Positions 1 to 9,201 of a stretch of DNA of 64,000 bases are shown piece after piece. The translations under genes were made by a program, and so were the position numbers. The stretch covers positions 64,001-128,000 of the forward strand of contig CAVZLN010000004.1 in assembly GCA_963776245.1 (NCBI GenBank), read 5' to 3'. The stretch is from Candidatus Eiseniibacteriota bacterium (lineage in GTDB: Bacteria > Eisenbacteria > RBG-16-71-46). Under the pieces are notes generated by a model that did no database searches, was not told where the DNA came from, and saw only the letters and a list, made by a program, of their open reading frames with translations. The first letter of the stretch is position 1. Every line of letters starts with the position of its first letter.

Positions 1-888
1 GTCGCGCTCGAGGGCCGGTTGCCCGAGGGTGTGGGAGCGGTGGACCTCATGCTCGTCCTCGCCGGCTCCCCGCGGGCCGCCGCCCTGCACGGGTGCGTGA
101 TCGAGTTCGGCGGCCTGGGCGTGGAAGGCGTGCCGGTGGAGGACCGCATCGCCGCCGCCTCGCTGGCGCCCGAACTGGGGGCCCTCGCCGTGCTCTGGCC
201 GGCCGACGAGCGGACGCGCACGTGGATGAGCGCGCAGGCGCGCGAGAGCGACTGGAAGCAACTCGAAGCCGAACCGGACGCCGCCTTCGATCGCGGCGTG
301 GACCTCTCCGGGCTCGAGCCCGCCGTGGGGACGTGGGGAGGGACCACGTCGACGGGCACGGTGGCGGCCATGGGGACGCGCCCGGTGTCCGCCGTGGTGC
401 TGGGCCCCGGCACGCCGCCCGATGCGCTGAGGATGCTGGCGCAGGCCCTCGAACGGCGGGGCACGGTGCCGGGGGCGGGCACGGTGGTGATCCCGGCCGG
501 TCGCGCGCTGACCGAAGCCGGCGCGAGCGAGTCCGGCCTGGCCGCGCTCGCCGCCGCCGGAGCGCACGTGATCGATCACGGGGGAGGGATGCCGATCGCC
601 GCGCCCGGGGCGGACGGCACGGTCGGGATGTACTTCGGGCTCGACGTGTCGGAATTGCCGGGCCCCCCGGGATCGTGGCGGCTCGCGTCGCCCGCGACGT
701 GCATCGCCTCCGCCCTGGCCGGCCGCGTCGAGGACGCGCGCGGCGCCGAGTGGCTGGCCGAGCCCGCCGCGCCGACGGAAGCCGCCGGCGCCGGGGGTGT
801 GCTCGAGCCCGCGGCATCCGTGGTCGGAGCGGACGAGTCGGACGGGATCCGCCCGCTCGGTCTGCCCCCCGCCCCCGGGGGAGCGTGA
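1..888 (+). CDS. Aconitase/isopropylmalate-dehydratase-family protein, N-terminal part (5' truncated by window), catalytically degenerate
   Basis: Translation resembles aconitase domains 2-3: 'LEGRLPEGVGAVDLML', 'VIEFGGLGVEGVPVEDRIAAASLAPELGA', 'LASPATCIASALAGRVEDAR'. The Fe-S cysteine motifs (GSCTN, CGPCIG) are not present. Confidence 0.65.
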   Translation, partial: VALEGRLPEGVGAVDLMLVLAGSPRAAALHGCVIEFGGLGVEGVPVEDRIAAASLAPELGALAVLWPADERTRTWMSAQARESDWKQLEAEPDAAFDRGVDLSGLEPAVGTWGGTTSTGTVAAMGTRPVSAVVLGPGTPPDALRMLAQALERRGTVPGAGTVVIPAGRALTEAGASESGLAALAAAGAHVIDHGGGMPIAAPGADGTVGMYFGLDVSELPGPPGSWRLASPATCIASALAGRVEDARGAEWLAEPAAPTEAAGAGGVLEPAASVVGADESDGIRPLGLPPAPGGA

Positions 889-1412
889 GGGGCCCGGTGC
901 TGCTGTGCGCCGGGGACGATCTGGCGGTGGCGCGGATCCTGTCGTGGGGGCCGCGACTGCGGCCGCTGCTGGCGGACCTCGACGCCCTCGCCGCGCACGC
1001 CTTCGAGGACCTCGACGCCGGGTTCGCGGAGCGCGCGCGCGCGGCCGGCGCGGGGTACGTGGTCGCGGGTGCCGGTTGCGGGGCGGGCCGGGTGCGCGAC
1101 AGCGCGGTACTGGTGCTCGCGGCCCTCGGCGTGCGAGTGGTGCTGGCCCGTTCGTTCGTGCCGGCGTTCGCCCGCGGGCTGGCGGCGGGCGGCGTGCTGC
1201 CGCTGGTGCTGGGGGAGTGCGGCGGAGGGCCGGAGGCGGGCGACGAGCTCGAGATCCCCGCGCTCGCCGAGGGGCTCGCGGCCGGTCGCGAACTGACGGT
1301 TCGCAACCTCTCGCGCGGACAGGGGTATACTGCGCGCCTCGAGCTGGCGCCGCGCGACGCCGCGCTGGCGCGCGCGGGCGGCCGGCTGCGCGCCCTGCAC
1401 GAGCCGCGCTGA
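885..1412 (+). CDS. Aconitase swivel domain (LeuD-like); either a separate gene (GTGA overlap) or a frameshifted continuation of the upstream ORF
   Basis: 'RGPVLLCAGDDLAVARILSWG...YVVAGAGCGAGRVRDSA...LGVRVVLARSFVPAFARGLAAGGVLPL' parallels the swivel domain 'GPVLLKVGDNITTDHI...AGENYGQGSSREHA...AVIAKSFARIH..NLINFGILPL'. GTG at 885 overlaps TGA at 886-888. Confidence 0.65.
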   Translation: MRGPVLLCAGDDLAVARILSWGPRLRPLLADLDALAAHAFEDLDAGFAERARAAGAGYVVAGAGCGAGRVRDSAVLVLAALGVRVVLARSFVPAFARGLAAGGVLPLVLGECGGGPEAGDELEIPALAEGLAAGRELTVRNLSRGQGYTARLELAPRDAALARAGGRLRALHEPR

Positions 1413-1480
1413 TGCGGAGGACCGGTCGCCAGCCATCCCGGATGCGCGCCCACCCATGACCCGATGCCAGGAGGACTGAC

Positions 1481-2497
1481 GTGTTCGTCGATCAGGCGCG
1501 CATCCACGTGATCGCCGGACGCGGCGGCGCCGGATGCATCTCGTTCCGGCGCGAGAAGTACGTGCCCAAGGGCGGTCCGGATGGAGGGGACGGCGGGCGC
1601 GGCGGGTCCGTGTCGCTCGAGGTGAACCCGCACGTCCGCACGCTTCTTGACTGCCGTGAGGAGCCTCTATACCGTGGCGAGAACGGTCGTCCGGGCTCCG
1701 GCAACAACAGTTCGGGTCGCGATGGCGCCGACCGCGTGATCGAGGTCCCGCCGGGCACGGTGGTGAAGGACGGGGAGACCGGCGAGACGCTCGCCGATCT
1801 CGTCGAGCCCTCCCAGCGCTGCGTGGCCGCGCGCGGCGGCCGCGGTGGGCGCGGCAATGCGCGCTTCGCCACCTCCACGAACCAGGCCCCGAGACGCGCG
1901 GATACCGGGGAGGCGGGCGAGGAGCGCTGGCTCGAGCTCGAGCTCAAGCTCATCGCGGATGTGGGCTTCGTGGGCCTGCCGAACGCGGGCAAGTCCACGC
2001 TGCTGTCGCGGGTGACGCGGGCGCGGCCCAAGATCGCGGCGTATCCGTTCACCACGCTCGAGCCCAATCTCGGCATCGTCGCGCTCGACGACGAGCGCAC
2101 CTTCGTGGTGGCGGACGTGCCGGGCCTGATCGCCGGCGCGCATCTGGGCAGGGGGCTGGGGCTGCAGTTCCTGCGTCATCTCGAGCGCACGCGCGTCCTG
2201 GCGTTCCTGCTCGATGTGTCCGCGGAGCGGCCGGCCGCGGATCTCGAGGTGCTCGAGCGCGAGTTGTCGCTGCACAGCGCCACGCTGGCGGGCAAACCGC
2301 GGGTGCTGGTGCTGACGAAAGCCGATCTGTTGCCGCCCGAGGCCCACGCGGACGCCGCGGCGCGCGCGGGCCTGCCGGGCGCGCGCCTCATCAGCGCGCA
2401 CTCCGGTGCCGGGATGCGCGAACTGCTGGAAGCCCTCTGGACCCTCATCGCCGCCGTGCCCGCGAACCAAGGCGCGGACGAGGACGACACCCGATGA
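1481..2497 (+). CDS. obgE: GTPase ObgE/CgtA
   Basis: MFVDQARIHVIAGRGGAGCISFRREKYVPKGGPDGGDGG, GLPNAGKSTLL, YPFTTLEPNLG, DVPGLI; SD GAGGA upstream. Confidence 0.97.
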   Translation: MFVDQARIHVIAGRGGAGCISFRREKYVPKGGPDGGDGGRGGSVSLEVNPHVRTLLDCREEPLYRGENGRPGSGNNSSGRDGADRVIEVPPGTVVKDGETGETLADLVEPSQRCVAARGGRGGRGNARFATSTNQAPRRADTGEAGEERWLELELKLIADVGFVGLPNAGKSTLLSRVTRARPKIAAYPFTTLEPNLGIVALDDERTFVVADVPGLIAGAHLGRGLGLQFLRHLERTRVLAFLLDVSAERPAADLEVLERELSLHSATLAGKPRVLVLTKADLLPPEAHADAAARAGLPGARLISAHSGAGMRELLEALWTLIAAVPANQGADEDDTR

Positions 2498-3168
2498 CCG
2501 AAGACAAGTACGGGCCGGGAAGGACGCTCGATCTCCTGAATGCGCGCGGACTGTCGGCCAAGCGCGAGTACGTCCGCGGCCTCGAGCAGCGCGCCGACCC
2601 GGAGGCGCTCTCGCTCCTCGCCGAATGTCTGTGCGACGAGTCGTGGTTCCTGCGCGACCTGGCCGAGGGGGCGTTCCTGCGCGTCGCCGACCTCGGGGCG
2701 CCGGTGCTGTTGCCGCTTCTCGATCAGGGCCTCTGGTTCACGCGCGCGAGCGCGGCACGGGTGCTCGGCCGGCTCGGCTGGCGGCCGGCGGTGCCCGTCC
2801 TGCTGAGGGTCGCGGAGGACGCCAACGCCACGGTGCTCGAGGCGGCGCGCGAGGCGCTGGTGGCCATCGGGCGCCACCGCGGCGCCTTCCGGCTCGCCCA
2901 CGGGCTGCACCAGCTCTCGCCCGACGCGCGCCGGCGCCGGCTCGACGACATCGGCACGCGCGACCGGGCGCTGCTCGAGCGCCTCGAGCGTTACCTGCGC
3001 AACGAGGAACTGATGGGGATCGACGATCCCGATCCACTGGCCGACGACAGCCCGGTGGTGCGTGCGAACGACGAGGGCGTCGAGTGGGAACTGCTCACCG
3101 GTCCCCCGCCCACCCGGGAGCGCGCTCCCGATGCCGGCGGCGGGAATGCGGGCGGCACGCAGGGCTAG
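2494..3168 (+). CDS. HEAT-repeat protein
   Basis: Repeated 'LAECLCDESWFLRDLAEGAF', 'LLDQGLWFTRASAARVLGRLG', 'AEDANATVLEAAREALVAIG'; ATGA overlap with obgE. Confidence 0.75.
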   Translation: MTEDKYGPGRTLDLLNARGLSAKREYVRGLEQRADPEALSLLAECLCDESWFLRDLAEGAFLRVADLGAPVLLPLLDQGLWFTRASAARVLGRLGWRPAVPVLLRVAEDANATVLEAAREALVAIGRHRGAFRLAHGLHQLSPDARRRRLDDIGTRDRALLERLERYLRNEELMGIDDPDPLADDSPVVRANDEGVEWELLTGPPPTRERAPDAGGGNAGGTQG

Positions 3169-3208
3169 CGGCGCGCGCCACGGCGCGGGGGGCGCGCTCC
3201 CTCCGGGC

Positions 3209-4042
3209 GTGCGTGCGCTGGCGCTCGAGGATCCGGACTACCCCGCGGCGGTGCGCGGGCTCGCCGACGCGCCGGCGTTCCTCTTCGTGCGCGGCACGCT
3301 GGCGCCGGGTGCGCGGGTGGTGGCGATCGTCGGCGCGCGCGCCGCGACACCCTACGGCCTGCACGTCGCGCGCACCCTCGCCGCCGACCTCGCGCGCTGC
3401 GACGTGTGCGTGGTGAGCGGCCTGGCGCGCGGGATCGACGCCGCGGCGCACGAGGGCGCGCTCGAAGGGGGCGGCGCGAGCGTGGCGGTGGTGCCCTCGG
3501 GGCTGGACGCCATCGTGCCGCCCCAGCACGTGCCGCTCGCCGAGCGGCTGGTGGCGCGGGGCGCGCTGGTGAGCGAATGGGCCTCCGGGCCGCCCCGGTT
3601 CCGCGGCGCGTTCGTGACCCGCAATCGCATCATCGCGGCGCTCGCCGCGGCCACCGTGGTGGTGGAGGCGGGCGAGTCGAGCGGTGCGCTCGCCACCGCC
3701 GCCGCCGCGCGCGCGCTCGGGCGCCCGGTGCTCGCGGTCCCCGGAGACGTCGACCGGCCCACCAGTCGCGGCCCGCACGGTCTGCTGCGTGCCGGCGCGC
3801 GGGTGTGCGAGGGGGCCGGAGATGTGCTCGCGAGTCTCGCGGCCGGGAGCGGCGTGGGGGCGAGCGCGGAGTCGCGCATGCTCGCGGCCCTCGGCGACGC
3901 GCCCCGGGCCCTCGAGCCGCTCGCCGCGGCGGCGCGACTGGAAGTGGACGCCGCGCTCGCCGCCCTGCTGCGGCTCGAGTGGGCCGGCCTGGCCGTGTCG
4001 TGGCCGGGCCAGCGCTTCGCGCGCGCGCGGAGTGCGGCGTGA
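3209..4042 (+). CDS. dprA: DNA-processing protein DprA (short form; start uncertain)
   Basis: DPDYP..LFVRG, VAIVGARAATPYG, VVSGLARGIDAAAHEGAL, FVTRNRIIAAL, VVEAGESSGAL, AVPGDV, C-terminal winged helix. Confidence 0.92.
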   Translation: MRALALEDPDYPAAVRGLADAPAFLFVRGTLAPGARVVAIVGARAATPYGLHVARTLAADLARCDVCVVSGLARGIDAAAHEGALEGGGASVAVVPSGLDAIVPPQHVPLAERLVARGALVSEWASGPPRFRGAFVTRNRIIAALAAATVVVEAGESSGALATAAAARALGRPVLAVPGDVDRPTSRGPHGLLRAGARVCEGAGDVLASLAAGSGVGASAESRMLAALGDAPRALEPLAAAARLEVDAALAALLRLEWAGLAVSWPGQRFARARSAA

Positions 4043-4938
4043 GGGCGCGCGAGCACGCCGCGGCCGCGCTCGTGATGGCGCTCGCGGGCGGGGCGCGCAC
4101 GCTCCCGTGGCGTGCGTCGCTCGCCGCCGGCGAGCGACTGGGCGATCTGGCGCGCAGCCTCGGGGTGCGCCGGAGGGTGGCCGAGGACAACCTCGCGCAG
4201 GCCTTCCCGGAGCGCGACGCGGCCTGGCGGGGCGAGGTGCTGCGCGAGCACTACCGCGAGCTCGGGCGCGTCGTGGTGGAGTACGCGCGGCTCGCGGAGC
4301 TGGCGGCGGCGCCCGCGGGTGAGGTGGTGGCGGAGGTGAGCGGTCTCGAACATGTGCACGCCGCGCGTGCCGCGGGGCGGGGGTGCATCGTGCTCACCGC
4401 GCACTTCGGGCACTTCGAGCTCGCGGGGGCCTGGCTCGCGCGCACCATCCCGATGGACTTCGTGTACAAGCCGCTGAGCAATCCGGCGGTCGAGGCCTGG
4501 ATCGTGCGGGCTCGCGCGGCCGCGGGCGTGGGGCTCATCCCGGTCGGAGCGGGGATGCGACGGGTGTTCGAGTCCCTGCGCGCGGGCCGGGTGGTGGCGT
4601 TCCTGGCGGATCAGGATGCCGGCCGTCACGGGGTGTTCGTGCCCTTCCTCGGCCGGCCGGCGAGCACGTTCCCAGGCCCGGCGCAGCTCGCGTTGCGCAC
4701 CGGCGCGCCGGTGGTCTTCGGTCTCGCCCACCGACTACCCGACGGGCGGCACGCGATCGAGTTCGAACCGCTCCCGGCGCCGCACGACGCGACCGGGCCG
4801 GAGGCGGTGACGCGATTCACGGCGCACCACGCGGCGCGCCTCGAGGCGCGGGTCCGCGAGCGGCCGGCGATGTGGTTCTGGCTCCACCGGCGTTGGAAGA
4901 CACGGCCGCCCGGGGACACCGGCGCGACCGGGAGGTAG
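4039..4938 (+). CDS. Lipid A/lysophospholipid acyltransferase (LpxL/HtrB family)
   Basis: GLEHV..A.AAGRGCIVLTAHFGHFEL, FLADQD, FVPFLGRPA, WFWLHRRWK; GTGA overlap. Confidence 0.88.
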   Translation: MRAREHAAAALVMALAGGARTLPWRASLAAGERLGDLARSLGVRRRVAEDNLAQAFPERDAAWRGEVLREHYRELGRVVVEYARLAELAAAPAGEVVAEVSGLEHVHAARAAGRGCIVLTAHFGHFELAGAWLARTIPMDFVYKPLSNPAVEAWIVRARAAAGVGLIPVGAGMRRVFESLRAGRVVAFLADQDAGRHGVFVPFLGRPASTFPGPAQLALRTGAPVVFGLAHRLPDGRHAIEFEPLPAPHDATGPEAVTRFTAHHAARLEARVRERPAMWFWLHRRWKTRPPGDTGATGR

Positions 4939-4941
4939 AGG

Positions 4942-5370
4942 ATGCACCGCTTCGCATTCCGCGTGCGCTACGGCGACACCGATCAGATGGGCTGGGCCTA
5001 CTACGCGAACTACCTGCGCTGGTTCGAGGTCGGGCGCGCGGAGATGATGCGCGCGCTCGGGCGCTCCTACCGCGAGGTCGAGGAGGGGATGGGCGTGCTC
5101 CTGCCGGTGCTGCAGGCGCGCTGCCGCTACTTCCAGGGCGCCCGCTACGACGACCTGGTGGTGGTGGAGACCGGGGTGGCCCGGCTCCAGCGCGCGAGCG
5201 TGACGTTCGCCTATCGCATCGTGCGCGAGCACGATGGCGCGCTCCTCGCCACCGGCATCACCGAGCACTGCTGCGTGGACCGATCCGGCCGCGCGGTGCG
5301 GCCCCCCGCGGAGCTCGCGCGACTGCTCGCCGAGGCGCCGCGCGCGCCGGCGGACGCCCACCGGGACTGA
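4942..5370 (+). CDS. Acyl-CoA thioesterase (YbgC/FadM hot-dog fold)
   Basis: RVRYGDTDQMGWAYYANYLRWFEVGRAE, ARYDD. Confidence 0.9.
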   Translation: MHRFAFRVRYGDTDQMGWAYYANYLRWFEVGRAEMMRALGRSYREVEEGMGVLLPVLQARCRYFQGARYDDLVVVETGVARLQRASVTFAYRIVREHDGALLATGITEHCCVDRSGRAVRPPAELARLLAEAPRAPADAHRD

Positions 5371-5405
5371 GGGCGGCCGGGGCGCGCCCGCGTCCCGGGA
5401 ACCGG

Positions 5406-5702
5406 TCAGGGCTTGAAGCCGAGCGACGGCCTCGGATCGCCCGGCAGCTTGATGGCGCCGAACTGACCCTCGTAGGTCTTGAGGTTCTGCTCGAGGGTGA
5501 GCAGGAGCGACTTCGCGTGCTGCGGCGTGAGGATGACGCGCGCGTACACCTTCGCCTTGGGCAGGCCGGGCAGGGCGCGGGCGAAGTCGAGGATGACCTC
5601 CGAGGCCGAGTGCGCGATCAGGACGAGGTTCGAGTAGATGCCCTCGGCCTCCCGCTCGGACAGCTCGATCTGCAGAGGAGGCGGCTGCTGGGGGTTTTCC
5701 AC
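5406..5702 (-). CDS. DUF3467-family protein
   Basis: GTG start with GGAG SD; 'QIELSEREAEGIYSNLVLIAHSASEVILDF...KAKVYARVILTPQHAKSLL..LEQNLKTYE..FG'. Confidence 0.85.
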   Translation of the reverse strand: MENPQQPPPLQIELSEREAEGIYSNLVLIAHSASEVILDFARALPGLPKAKVYARVILTPQHAKSLLLTLEQNLKTYEGQFGAIKLPGDPRPSLGFKP

Positions 5703-5780
5703 GGTGGTCTCCGGGTTCACGCCCAGTCGCGGCTCCCACCGGGGGCTCCGGTGTGCGAACGGGCGTTTCGCACGACTCGA

Positions 5781-5810
5781 ACGATAGTGAGGTCGCGGGT
5801 CCATGGTCAA
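5781..5810 (-). promoter_or_regulatory. sigma70-type promoter for the DUF3467 gene
   Basis: Minus strand TTGACC-N18-TATCGT. Confidence 0.6.
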
Positions 5811-5873
5811 GCCCGATAGGAGGTTATGCGCGCACGGCCCGATGCCGCATGAAACCCGGCGGCGGGCCATGGG

Positions 5874-5889
5874 TGGCACGCGGGTTGCG
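5874..5889 (+). promoter_or_regulatory. sigma54 (-24/-12) promoter
   Basis: TGGCACGCGGGTTGCG fits TGGCACG-N4-TTGC with exact GG-N10-GC spacing, about 45 nt upstream of ATG 5933. Confidence 0.7.
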
Positions 5890-5932
5890 CTCTTCCGAAG
5901 TCGGCATCGCATGCCATGTCCCTGGAGAACCG

Positions 5933-7363
5933 ATGGACCACGAACCCTCTCGCGGGTCGTTGCCACCTCCGACCCCCCCGGACATCGCCCGCACGACGGA
6001 ACGGCTGCTCGACCCGGACGGCCGCGCGGCCCGGGCGCTCCGCCGCGAGGAGCAGGCGGCGGCGCTCGCCGAACTGGCGCGCGGGGCGGGCGCGGTGGCG
6101 CACCTCGCCGAGGCGTTCCACCTCGCGGTGCGCCTCGCCACCCGGGCGACGTCATCGTGCGGGAGCGTGGCGTGGCGCGCCGATGAGACGGGCGCGCCGC
6201 GCCTCGAGGTCACCCACGGCCCGGTGGCGCGGCGCGAACGAGCCGCGCAGGCGCTCCTCCCGCTGGCGGCGGAGGCGATGGCGAAGCTGGCGCCGCTGGT
6301 GCTCGACCGCGTGACGGACGACCCGCGCCTGAGCGCGGAGGACGCCGCTTCGCTCTCCGTGATCGCGGTGGTCCCGTGCGTGATGCAGGGCCACGCGCTG
6401 GGCGCGCTCGCGGTCTACGATGCCGTCCCGTCGTCCCCCGGCGCGGCACCGGGCTACGACGCGGGAGACGTGCAGTTCCTCTCGACGCTCGCCGCGATCC
6501 TGGGAGCCACCGCCGCGCAGGCCGAACAGCACGCGATGGTGCGCTCGGGCGAGCTCCGGCTGCACGAGCTGCGGGCGCGGCTGGCGCGCGAGGAGCGGCT
6601 CGCGTCACTCGGCGAGGACGCGCTGCGCGTCGCTCGCGAAGCCCGCAATCCGCTCGCCTCGATCGCGGCGTTCGCGCGCCGCGTGCAACGCGCGCTGCCC
6701 GAGGAGCGATCCCGCAGCGCGAGTCGCTGGAGATCGTGGTGCGCGAGGTCGGCCGGCTCGAGCGCGATGCTGGCCGAGACGCTGGCGAGGCGCCCGCCGA
6801 GCGCCCGCGCCTCACCGTGGAGAGCGCTGAACCAGTCGGTGCAGGAGGCGCTGCAGGCGGCGCGGCGAGACGCTGGTGCGCCGCCGCGTGCGGCTGCTCA
6901 AGAAGCTCGCCCCCGACCTGCCGGCACTGCTGCTCGACGCCGAGCGCGTCCGTCGCGTGGTCGAGAACATCGTCGCCTACGCGCTCGATTCGGTCCCGGT
7001 GGGCGGGCGCGTGCGGGTGGAGTCGCGGCGGGCCGGGCGCCCACGTGCAGGTCGAGATCGCCACGACGGCCCGCGCGCCCGGCGGGCGACCTGCTCGAGC
7101 AGCTGTTCGTGCCGTTCGCCGACCGGGCAGCGCTCGGCGGCGCGGCGGTGGGCTCGGGGTGGCGCAGCAGATCGTGCGCGAGCACGGCGGCGAGATCCGC
7201 GTGCGCGGCGAGGGCGAGTGGAGCGAACGTGGTGTCTCGTTCACGCTGCCGGTCGCCGGGCAACGAGGACCGCCGCCGCCGCCGCGACCGGCGCCGCCGC
7301 GGCGCCGCGGACCGGCGGCCGCGTCCGGCGCGTGAGGCGCACGCCGCGGGCGCGGCGGTTTGA
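5933..7363 (+). CDS. GAF-domain sensor histidine-kinase-like protein, degenerate; several frameshifts after about 6710; 3' end approximate
   Basis: GAF ('SVIAVVPCVMQGHALGALAVYD...DVQFLSTLA'), HisKA-like 'ERLASLGE..LRVAREARNPLASIAAFAR', HATPase pieces in alternating frames ('LLDAERVRRVVENIVAYALDS', 'LLEQLFVPF', 'GLGVAQQIVREHGGEIRV'). Confidence 0.75.
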   Translation: MDHEPSRGSLPPPTPPDIARTTERLLDPDGRAARALRREEQAAALAELARGAGAVAHLAEAFHLAVRLATRATSSCGSVAWRADETGAPRLEVTHGPVARRERAAQALLPLAAEAMAKLAPLVLDRVTDDPRLSAEDAASLSVIAVVPCVMQGHALGALAVYDAVPSSPGAAPGYDAGDVQFLSTLAAILGATAAQAEQHAMVRSGELRLHELRARLAREERLASLGEDALRVAREARNPLASIAAFARRVQRALPEERSRSASRWRSWCARSAGSSAMLAETLARRPPSARASPWRALNQSVQEALQAARRDAGAPPRAAAQEARPRPAGTAARRRARPSRGREHRRLRARFGPGGRARAGGVAAGRAPTCRSRSPRRPARPAGDLLEQLFVPFADRAALGGAAVGSGWRSRSCASTAARSACAARASGANVVSRSRCRSPGNEDRRRRRDRRRRGAADRRPRPAREAHAAGAAV

Positions 7364-7390
7364 CGCCCTCGCGCGACGGCATGATAGAAA
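7360..7390 (+). promoter_or_regulatory. Putative promoter of the tRNA-Phe/Thr operon
   Basis: TTGACG-N19-TAGAAA with TG extended -10 (TGATAGAAAC). Confidence 0.45.
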
Positions 7391-7444
7391 CGTCACGCCT
7401 CGGGGCAGGGTCTTGCTGTGGGTCCGACCCTCGGGCGTGGCGTC

Positions 7445-7520
7445 GCCACCCTAGCTCAGTTGGTAGAGCACGTGACTGAAAATCACGGTGTCCCCAGTTC
7501 GATTCTGGGGGGTGGCACCA
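7445..7520 (+). tRNA. tRNA-Phe(GAA)
   Basis: GCCACCC acceptor, TAGCTCAGTTGGTAGAGC D-arm, CGTGA-CTGAAAA-TCACG anticodon arm, GTTCGATTC T-loop, encoded CCA. Confidence 0.97.
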
Positions 7521-7581
7521 TTCTCATGGGCAGCGCCGCGCGGCTCTCATCCGGTCCCGCGGCGGCCTCCGGGTTCGTCGA

Positions 7582-7657
7582 GCTGGTGTAGCTCAGCTGG
7601 TAGAGCACGTCACTCGTAATGAAGGGGTCACCGGTTCGATTCCGGTCACCAGCTCCA
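7582..7657 (+). tRNA. tRNA-Thr(CGT)
   Basis: GCTGGTG/CACCAGC acceptor, anticodon loop CTCGTAA, GTTCGATTC, encoded CCA. Confidence 0.95.
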
Positions 7658-7805
7658 GTCTTTCTCAGGCAGTCGAGAGCGCCCGGGCACGACCGGCGAC
7701 GGTGCCGGGCCGGTGCCGGGCGCCTCGCGCGCCGGCGTCGGCCCGCGTCCGTTCCACCGGCCGGTCGCGGCCCGACGGAGGGTTCGCGGGTGAGTCGCTC
7801 CGCTC

Positions 7806-9151
7806 ATGATCAGCGTCGCCGGGGTGCGCGGCATCGTCGGCGAGTCGCTGACCCCGTCCGTGGTGGCGCGCTTCGCCGCGGCGTTCGCGCGCGCGCTCGG
7901 CGAGGGCCCCGTCGTGGTGGGGCGCGACGCGCGCTCTCGCGGCCCGATGGTGTTCCGCGCCGTCGCCGCCGGGCTGACCGCCGCCGGGCGCGACGTCGTG
8001 GACATCGGGCTCGCCACCACGCCCACGACGCAGGTCGCCGTGGAGCACCTGCGCGCGGCGGGCGGCGTGATCCTCACCGCGAGCCACAACCCCGCGCGAG
8101 TGGAACGCGCTCAAGTTCCTGTCCGCGCGCGGCGAGTTCCTCGGACCGCGAGGAGGGCGCCCGCGTGCGCGAGCGCTTCGAGGCGGACCGCGACCTGTGG
8201 GTGCCGTTGGACGCGCTCGGCGGCGTGCGCGCCGAGCGCGGCGCGCTCGACTGGCACCTCGAGCGCGTGCTCGGTCTCGAGTACCTCGACGTGCCGGCGA
8301 TCCGCGCGCGGCGCCTCGAAGGTGGTCGTGGATGGCTGCGCGAGCGTCGGCGGAATCGCCGTGCCGCGCGCTGCTGCGCGAGCTCGGCGCCGCGGTGGTG
8401 GAGCTCGACTGCGTGCCGAGCGGCGCGTTCACGCGCGAGCTCGAGCCGCTGCCCGGAGCACCTCGGCGCGCTCGGCCGCCGGGCGGTGCGCGAGACCGGC
8501 GCCGACCTCGGCGTCGCGCTCGATCCGGATGCCGACCGCGCGGCGTTCGTGGACGCTGCCGGCGTGCCGCTCGGGCGAGGAGTACACCGTCGCGCTCGGC
8601 ACGCGCGTGGTGCTCGCGCGACGGCGGGGCCCGGTCGTGACAAACCTCTCCACGTCCCGTATGCTCGACGCGGTCTGCGATCGTGCCGGCGTCCCGCTGT
8701 TCCGCACGCCGGTGGGCGAGGCCCACGTCGTGGCCGGCATGCGCACCCACGGGGCGGTCGCCGGTGGCGAGGGCAATGGCGGCATGATCCTACCGGCCGC
8801 GCACTATGGGCGCGACGGCCTGGTCGCCGTGGCGCTGGTCGCGCAGGCGGTGCCGCCTCGGGGCGTCACGCTCCGGGCGCTGGCCGACAAGCTGCCCCGC
8901 TACCACATGGTGAAGGAGAAGCGCGGCTGCCCCGACGAGCCCTGGGAGCGGGTCGCGGAGCGTCTGCGCCTCGCGTTCCCGGAGTTCGCCGCGGACGCGA
9001 GCGACGGCTTGCGGTTCGCGCTGGCGAGGCGTGGGTGCATGTGCGACCGTCGGGCACCGAGCCGGTGGTGCGGGTGATCGCCGAGACTCCGGACGCGGGC
9101 GGCACACGGGCGCTGCTGGATCGCGCGGCGCGCGCGCTGCGAGCGGCCTGA
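7806..9151 (+). CDS. glmM: Phosphoglucosamine/phosphomannomutase (frameshifted in this sequence)
   Basis: [64 protein letters not shown] spread over 3 frames; directly upstream of glmS. Confidence 0.85.
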
Positions 9152-9201
9152 CCGGCCGCGGCAGGGCGGGCCGGGTCCCCGGCCGGGAAGGAGTGGACAC
9201 G

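Noticed and set aside
9152..9201. glmS ribozyme upstream of glmS
   Set aside because: Only 50 nt of intergenic sequence, and no ribozyme core is recognisable.
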